Shown here piece after piece: positions 58,373 through 64,000 of a stretch of 64,000 nt of DNA. A program made the translations under genes and the position numbers. Positions within the stretch are counted from its first letter, which is position 1. Every line of letters begins with the position of its first letter. The notes beneath the pieces were generated by a model. That model saw only the letters and a program-made list of their open reading frames with translations. It made no database searches and was not told the DNA's origin. The DNA is from Rhodoferax sp. (GTDB lineage: Bacteria > Pseudomonadota > Gammaproteobacteria > Burkholderiales > Burkholderiaceae_C): assembly GCA_043738115.1 (NCBI GenBank), contig JAYSZJ010000036.1, positions 23,996 to 87,995 of the forward strand. Reading direction: 5' to 3'.

Positions 58373-61300
58373 TCAGTCGTAGCGGTGGGTGAAGACCAAA
58401 TCGACGGCGCTTTGGGTGCCCGTGCTGGCGCGCAGGCTAAACCGGCGTGACAGATCGTAAAACACCTGCAGCGTGCCGACTGCACCCGCCAAACCCGTTT
58501 CGTAGGCGACGTAAAAGTCTTTCGACAAGCGCTTGCCAACCGTCAGCGTGGCGCCACTGGCTCCTGCACTGTCTGCTTGACCGTTGTTGCTGCCCCCGCC
58601 GACCGACAGTTCATCCAGCCCGAAGCGCTGTGCCAGGCTGGCCGACGTGCCATTGTTCTTGCTCCCCATCAGGGCCAGGGCCGCTTGTTGTAACAAAGCC
58701 GTTTCCGCGCCGCCGCCCGACGGGGAGCGGCCCAGCACCAGCCAGGCCAATTTTTCGGCCTCGGGTAAATCTGGCTCAGCGTACAGGCGCACCACGGGGG
58801 CCAACGCGGTTCCATTGATTTGCACGCCCACGCGCTGTTCCAGCTTGGAGCGAAGGGCGAGCACGTTCAACGACGGGTTGTCGAACGGGCCGGTGAATCG
58901 CAACTCACCCTCCTCGATGTCCAGGCGTTGACCGTAGGCCAGGTAGGTCCCGAGCACGGTGCGCACCGTGCCGTTTAGTCGGGGTTGTCCCTTGGTTGCA
59001 GCGGAGCTGGTCAATACAAGCTGCCCGGCCAGGCGGGTGGACAAGCCGCGGCCTTTCACATAAAAGTTCGGGCCTAGATCCAGCGTGATCGCCAGATCCG
59101 GTGTGATCGGCTTAGCCGGCGCGGTGGTGGCCTGGGTGGCGGAATCGGCCTTGGTGCGCCCCCTGACGACCACATCGTTACCCAGCTGGGGGGCCGAGTC
59201 GTCGGGCAAGATGATCAGCGCCTCGTCCGTCTGCAGATCGCCGCGCATGGCCAGTTGCGAGTTGGCCAGCCGGGCGCTGAGTTTTCCGGACAGGACCAGA
59301 CGCCGGTCCGCCCGCGTGCTGACGCGCAAAGATGTGAGCGAGGCGTCCAACTCCATGCGCAAGCGTGACAAGGCGTTGGCGGGTGGCTGGCTCGCTGCGC
59401 TGGTGGGCGATGGCGGCAGCCATTCGACCGCGCCTTTGAGCACGAGTTGCCCCGACTGTGGACCGCCTGCACCCAAAATCGAAAACTCCTGAATGACCAG
59501 GCGCTGGCCGTCAAGTTGGGCGTTCAGGCTTCCCTGGCTGAAATCGATACCGTCCACCACGGAGCGCACCGCCATGTCTTTGGCCTTCAAATTACCCCGC
59601 CACAACGGCGTGCCCAAGGTGCCGGACAACACCGCTTCCGACTCCACCGAGCCGTTGAGCCGCCAGCCCGGCGGCGCCAACAGCGACCACAGACCCACCG
59701 GTGGCAGGCTGGCGCTTAGCTTGCCCGCCAAGGGAGCGTCTGGGTCCCAGACCCATCGCCCGTCTTTGATGGGCAGCCGGGTGCTGGCCGTGGCATTGAG
59801 TTGGCCCGCCCGCTGGCTGTCCCATATCAGCGTGGCGCCCAGGCTTTCATTGTGGGCGGCCAACACCAGGCGTACGTCCCGCAAACCGGCACTCAGCGCA
59901 GCCATTTGTGCGTCTGGCCCAAGCAAGCGCAGGTCACCCCCCGTACGCTCCAGCACGACCCGCAGGTTCAGGTCCTGGGCACTGCTGGCCTCCCACTCTC
60001 CCCCCAACACCAGATCACCGCGCAGCCCCAGATTGGCCAGTTGGGTCTTGCCAATCCGTTCCAGCCAGCCTACCGGCAGGTCGCGCAAGCTGCCACGGGT
60101 GGACCACGCCGTCTGCACGGTTTTGCCGCTGTCAACGCTGGACCACAGCGCGGCCTGCCATTTGAGTTCGGCCGCACCGGGTACGGGGCCAGTCAAGCCC
60201 AGCGCGCCTGCGCCGACTGCCAGCGTTTGCCGCGTAGCGTCAAGTTTGAGCGCCAACTGCACGGCTTGCGCCAGACGGGCCGTCCATGTTTCTGCGGAGC
60301 CCGCTTCCCGCGCGGTGACGGTGGCGGACTCGATACGGCCTTGCCACTGTCCGTCTGCCTCTCGACCGCCTTGCATTCGGGATTGCACCGCAAACTGCTG
60401 GTTGGCGGCGTGTATCTTGGTATCGACTTGCAGCTCCATGGCGCGCAGGCTTCCGGACAACGCCAGCTGCGTGTCGCGCAGACTCAGCGCAGGGTCAGCC
60501 ACCTTCGGATCGCGCAGCACGTCCAATCGCGGTGTGCGCAACTGGGCCTGCAGTTGCAGTGCGCGCCCCTGCTTGTGCCAGCCGCCGTGCCACTGCGCCT
60601 GCAGGTCACCCTTGCCCTGGAGCCGCAACCCGGCCATACGGGCTGGATCGCCGGGCACATGGGCCAGCCATTGGGTGGCCAGTGCGGCATCCATCAGTGT
60701 GAGTTGCAAGGTCCCCTCGCCTGCCACTTCAGACAGGTGGCCGCTGAAGGTGGACCGTAGCCCTGGCAGGCGCAACGCCAGGCTCCCCTCGGTCGCAAAA
60801 CTTTGGGTCTGAACCGTGAGCCGGCCTTCCATGGTGGCGTCCCCGGTTTGCACCAGCACACTGTCCAATTGCAGCGTGGGCGCACGCCACAGGCCATGCG
60901 CCTGCGCCGCCTGTATCCGCAGGCCCTGCGGGCTTTGTGGGCCTTGCTGGCTTGGAGCCTTGGCAGCCTGCAGTTTGGCGTCAAAACGGATACCCGCAGG
61001 TGTTTGTGCAGCGGTCAGGTCGCCGTTCAACGTGTCTGCGTGGAGCCGGGTATCGATCGCGCGGGGGTTGATATGGCGCGCGTTTGCGGTGAGTTTCCAA
61101 GCGCCCTTTGAAGCGCCCGTGACCGCATCGACCACGGGAGCAGCCTCACCGCGTGCCTGCAGCTCGCCGCCTGCGCCTTGGGCACGCAGTGTCTGTAGCA
61201 ACCAACTACCCTTGTCAAACACCACCTCGGCCTGCAAGGCCTGCAATGGCACGGTGCGCGTGTTCCAAGGACCGCTGAGGGCATTGGTCACGGCCACCGT

Positions 61301-62230
61301 TCCCCGCCATGTCGCACCTAGGGGCGTCACATTGGCATTGCCGCTGAGCAAGGTGCGCGGGGCCTGCGGCCACAGGGCCGCTAGATCCAGAGCCTCCCAT
61401 AACATCTGTGCCCGCGCCAGCGGCTGGGCTTTCCAAGGCTGCAGTTGTGCGTCCACAGTGACTTTCGGGCTAGGCATTCGCTGGCCTGCTGTGTCGGACC
61501 GCAAACGGGCATGCAGGGTGAGTGCTGCATCGGGCGCAGCCATATTGCCCTCCAACCGTGCCAAGGCCTTGAGCATGACGCGTTTGCCGGAGCCCGGCAC
61601 TGGGGCGTCAACCGAACCATCCAGCGTGGCCACCAGCGCCATCGGAGCCGCACTCTGCAACCGGGCCTGCAGGGCATAGATGCCCGATGCAATATGCACC
61701 TGGCCCACGTCTATGCTGTGTTGTTTGTTATCAAAGTTGTAGCTACCGACCAAACCGGTTGCAACCAGGGCCGGTGGCCCCAGCCAGTGCACGGTGTCAA
61801 TGGCAAAGTGCACGCTGACCCGCATCGGCAGGCCCAAGTCTGGTGGAGGTAGGCTGTCTTTGGGGGCGGCGGACGCACGCCGGTCGTCTATGCGCAGTTG
61901 CCCTACACGCAGGTGGCTGATACGAAGATCGCGATCCCACAATGGCGGCAGGGTCCAACCCACCTCTAGATTCTCAGCCTCCACACGCAGGTCGCCCCGG
62001 CGCCAACGCAGGCTGTCGATGCGCCCACCGTAGCGCAACGAACCCGTGACACCACTCACCTCCAGTGACTGGTCTGCGGGCAAGTAAAGGGCAACACGGG
62101 TCAACGTCGCACCCAGCGACGTGGCACTGCCGCCCCAAAGCCATGCACCGGCCAACATTGCCACAGCCAGCAGGAGCAAGGCAACAAGGCCGAACAGGCC
62201 GAAGCGAAAGTAACGCAGTGCCCGCATCAA
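58373..62230 (-). CDS. tamB: Translocation and assembly module TamB
   Basis: N-terminal anchor; C-terminal AYGQRLDI...GKRLSKDFYVAYE...FTHRYD; downstream of tamA. Confidence 0.9.
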   Translation of the reverse strand: MMRALRYFRFGLFGLVALLLLAVAMLAGAWLWGGSATSLGATLTRVALYLPADQSLEVSGVTGSLRYGGRIDSLRWRRGDLRVEAENLEVGWTLPPLWDRDLRISHLRVGQLRIDDRRASAAPKDSLPPPDLGLPMRVSVHFAIDTVHWLGPPALVATGLVGSYNFDNKQHSIDVGQVHIASGIYALQARLQSAAPMALVATLDGSVDAPVPGSGKRVMLKALARLEGNMAAPDAALTLHARLRSDTAGQRMPSPKVTVDAQLQPWKAQPLARAQMLWEALDLAALWPQAPRTLLSGNANVTPLGATWRGTVAVTNALSGPWNTRTVPLQALQAEVVFDKGSWLLQTLRAQGAGGELQARGEAAPVVDAVTGASKGAWKLTANARHINPRAIDTRLHADTLNGDLTAAQTPAGIRFDAKLQAAKAPSQQGPQSPQGLRIQAAQAHGLWRAPTLQLDSVLVQTGDATMEGRLTVQTQSFATEGSLALRLPGLRSTFSGHLSEVAGEGTLQLTLMDAALATQWLAHVPGDPARMAGLRLQGKGDLQAQWHGGWHKQGRALQLQAQLRTPRLDVLRDPKVADPALSLRDTQLALSGSLRAMELQVDTKIHAANQQFAVQSRMQGGREADGQWQGRIESATVTAREAGSAETWTARLAQAVQLALKLDATRQTLAVGAGALGLTGPVPGAAELKWQAALWSSVDSGKTVQTAWSTRGSLRDLPVGWLERIGKTQLANLGLRGDLVLGGEWEASSAQDLNLRVVLERTGGDLRLLGPDAQMAALSAGLRDVRLVLAAHNESLGATLIWDSQRAGQLNATASTRLPIKDGRWVWDPDAPLAGKLSASLPPVGLWSLLAPPGWRLNGSVESEAVLSGTLGTPLWRGNLKAKDMAVRSVVDGIDFSQGSLNAQLDGQRLVIQEFSILGAGGPQSGQLVLKGAVEWLPPSPTSAASQPPANALSRLRMELDASLTSLRVSTRADRRLVLSGKLSARLANSQLAMRGDLQTDEALIILPDDSAPQLGNDVVVRGRTKADSATQATTAPAKPITPDLAITLDLGPNFYVKGRGLSTRLAGQLVLTSSAATKGQPRLNGTVRTVLGTYLAYGQRLDIEEGELRFTGPFDNPSLNVLALRSKLEQRVGVQINGTALAPVVRLYAEPDLPEAEKLAWLVLGRSPSGGGAETALLQQAALALMGSKNNGTSASLAQRFGLDELSVGGGSNNGQADSAGASGATLTVGKRLSKDFYVAYETGLAGAVGTLQVFYDLSRRFSLRASTGTQSAVDLVFTHRYD

Positions 62231-64000
62231 AAATTGAAGCCTACGTTCATGTGCAGCCTCAGGCGGTGGGTATGCACACCGTAGGCCAGATCGATCTGCA
62301 GCGGCCCGATGGGGCTTTTCCAGCGCACACCGGCTCCCAGACCGGCCTTGGGTGTGAACCGACCAACATCATCGGCCACCGCGCCAGCGTCCACAAAAAC
62401 CGCACTCTCCCACGCCGATACCTGGCCACCGAACACCAGTGGACGTTGCCACTCCACGCCACCGTTGACCATGTAGCGCCCTGGTACGGCCACGCCATCG
62501 GCCCCGGCCACGCCCAGCTCCCGGTAGCTGTAACCGCGCACCGTGGTGTCGCCACCGGTCATGAACAGTTGGGTGCTGGGCAGCGAGACCCCATCCTTGG
62601 CCCCCACCGCGCCGCCCTCGGCGCGCAGCACCAGGCGGCCCGCGCGCAGTTGCGCCGCGCCACCCGCATCGGTACTGGCCAGTGGAAGGTAGTAGCGGCC
62701 GCGGGCCAGCACGCGGGTAAACGGGTCCTGCTGGGCTCCCAGCGTGGCACCACCGCCCACTTCCACGCCCAGTCCCCAGCCGCGTGACGGAAAAGGCATG
62801 CTGTCAAACCGGCGCAGGGTCAGGGCGTAATTCACACTGAGCGTCTGGGCCACTATGGGCAGCGCATTGGTGCTGGCAGCGGTGTCCGCGCGGTCGTACT
62901 CCAGGTAGTAGCTGCGGTCCATGCGTTCGCTGTCCTGGCGTCGGCCACCGCGCAAGCGCTGGTTGCTGACATCCACGCCATCGGACTTTTGCCGCTGCCA
63001 TAGGGCGGACGTGATCCAGCGCCAGTTGTCCGCATCCGGTGGTGCCGTCAACTCCGTGCCAATGGAACGCGTCTTGTTGTCCACTGACAGTTTGGACTGC
63101 GCGCGCCAACCCAGCCACGGCAGTCTATGGTTGGTGTGCTCCACCGACGCCCGAGGCCCACTGTCGGTGCTGATGCCCACACCCAGCACGATCTTCTTCA
63201 GCTTGCCTTCGCGCAACTGCACCACCACGGGTGCATTCTCGGGGTCCCCATTGGTATCAAGCGACACGTAGGCCGAGTCAAAGTACCCACTGCCGGCCAG
63301 ACGCTGCTGCGCCGCCACCAGATCAGCCTGGTCATAACTGGCACCAACAGGCAAGCGCATCAGCCGGGTCACAAGATCGGTGTCGTAACGCTCCAGCCCC
63401 GTGATCTGCGCTGTGCCCAGGCGGTATGCCGGACCAGAGTCCAGCGTCACCTGCAAACTGGCGTCGCGCGTGAGCGGGTCAATGTCGGCCAGCGACGAGA
63501 CGATAGATGCCGTTGGAAAACGCTCCCGGCTCAACTGCTGCACAGCCTGCAGTTTGGCAGCGTCCCAGCGATCCTGGGTAAACCGCATGCCACTGCGCAG
63601 GGTCCAGTCGTTCTGGATTGTTTCGCGCTGCAAACGGGCGTCAGGGTCTTGGGCGATGGCGCCCACAAACTGCAGCCGGACTTCACCCACGACGGCGGGT
63701 TCACCGGGCTTGACTGACAGCCTGACGGTACGGCGTTTGTCGTCGGGGCTGGTTTCCAGTTGGGCTTCAATGTCGGGTGTGAAGTAACCTGCGGTGGCCA
63801 ACAAGCTGCGGCTGTCCTCCTTGGCGACCTGCAGCAAGCGGGTCAATTCGGTGTCACTCAGGTCCGTGAGCTCACGGTAGCGACCGATCTCCAGATGGGT
63901 GTTCAACAGATCACGAACCGCTTGCGGCGCATCAATCTGCAACTCAAATGCGGGTGGCGCCGGCGATGTTTGTTGCTCGGTTGGTTCGGCCTTTTCGTGC
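62227..64000 (-). CDS. tamA: TamA/Omp85-family protein (5' end beyond the window)
   Basis: POTRA domains, FMTGGDTTVRGY, SPIGPLQIDLAYG; frame stays open from 63942 to the window end. Confidence 0.9.
   Translation of the reverse strand, partial: HEKAEPTEQQTSPAPPAFELQIDAPQAVRDLLNTHLEIGRYRELTDLSDTELTRLLQVAKEDSRSLLATAGYFTPDIEAQLETSPDDKRRTVRLSVKPGEPAVVGEVRLQFVGAIAQDPDARLQRETIQNDWTLRSGMRFTQDRWDAAKLQAVQQLSRERFPTASIVSSLADIDPLTRDASLQVTLDSGPAYRLGTAQITGLERYDTDLVTRLMRLPVGASYDQADLVAAQQRLAGSGYFDSAYVSLDTNGDPENAPVVVQLREGKLKKIVLGVGISTDSGPRASVEHTNHRLPWLGWRAQSKLSVDNKTRSIGTELTAPPDADNWRWITSALWQRQKSDGVDVSNQRLRGGRRQDSERMDRSYYLEYDRADTAASTNALPIVAQTLSVNYALTLRRFDSMPFPSRGWGLGVEVGGGATLGAQQDPFTRVLARGRYYLPLASTDAGGAAQLRAGRLVLRAEGGAVGAKDGVSLPSTQLFMTGGDTTVRGYSYRELGVAGADGVAVPGRYMVNGGVEWQRPLVFGGQVSAWESAVFVDAGAVADDVGRFTPKAGLGAGVRWKSPIGPLQIDLAYGVHTHRLRLHMNVGFNF

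Noticed and set aside
960-63787. Numerous long antisense or alternate-frame ORFs in the track (e.g. 17153-18655, 25099-26646, 59493-60812)
   Set aside because: They are shadows of well-supported genes in high-GC DNA and carry no recognisable motifs.
1-64000. CRISPR array or cas genes
   Set aside because: No regularly spaced identical repeats and no Cas motifs seen.

Overview
GC-rich betaproteobacterial (Comamonadaceae/Rhodoferax-like) chromosome segment. Left end: the 5' part of a P4-type tyrosine integrase beside a tRNA-Gly/Cys/Leu cluster, marking the edge of an island that extends out of the window. Core block (1-23.7 kb): lon-clpX-clpP-tig, tRNA-Leu, an RND pump, dnaE, WrbA/pirin/LysR, a FAD oxidoreductase, gluQ and an ABC-peptidase operon. 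Accessory block (about 23.8-55.6 kb): signalling genes, a CarH-type B12 photoreceptor with a divergent MCP, PEP-CTERM proteins, an ExeM nuclease, an M48-TPM lipoprotein, immunity-like genes, an MBL hydrolase, a Mo-hydroxylase and an OmpA protein. Right end: a stand-alone aceE-like dehydrogenase E1 and tamAB. Three observations stand out. (1) Four decayed, co-oriented copies of the 3' part of the aceE-like gene (about 35.2, 38.7, 52.3 and 53.5 kb) sit at boundaries between accessory blocks. A similar duplicated 3' end of the MBL gene brackets the immunity-like genes. This suggests an integrase-independent array that grows by repeated integration into host-gene 3' ends. (2) A 63-nt (21-codon) repeat lies in frame, in either orientation, inside gluQ, the RND adaptor and the aceE-like gene. 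(3) A B12 photoreceptor is divergent from a chemoreceptor, with a duplicated operator-like motif between them. Identities were counted by hand, and all family assignments come from motif recognition, not database searches.
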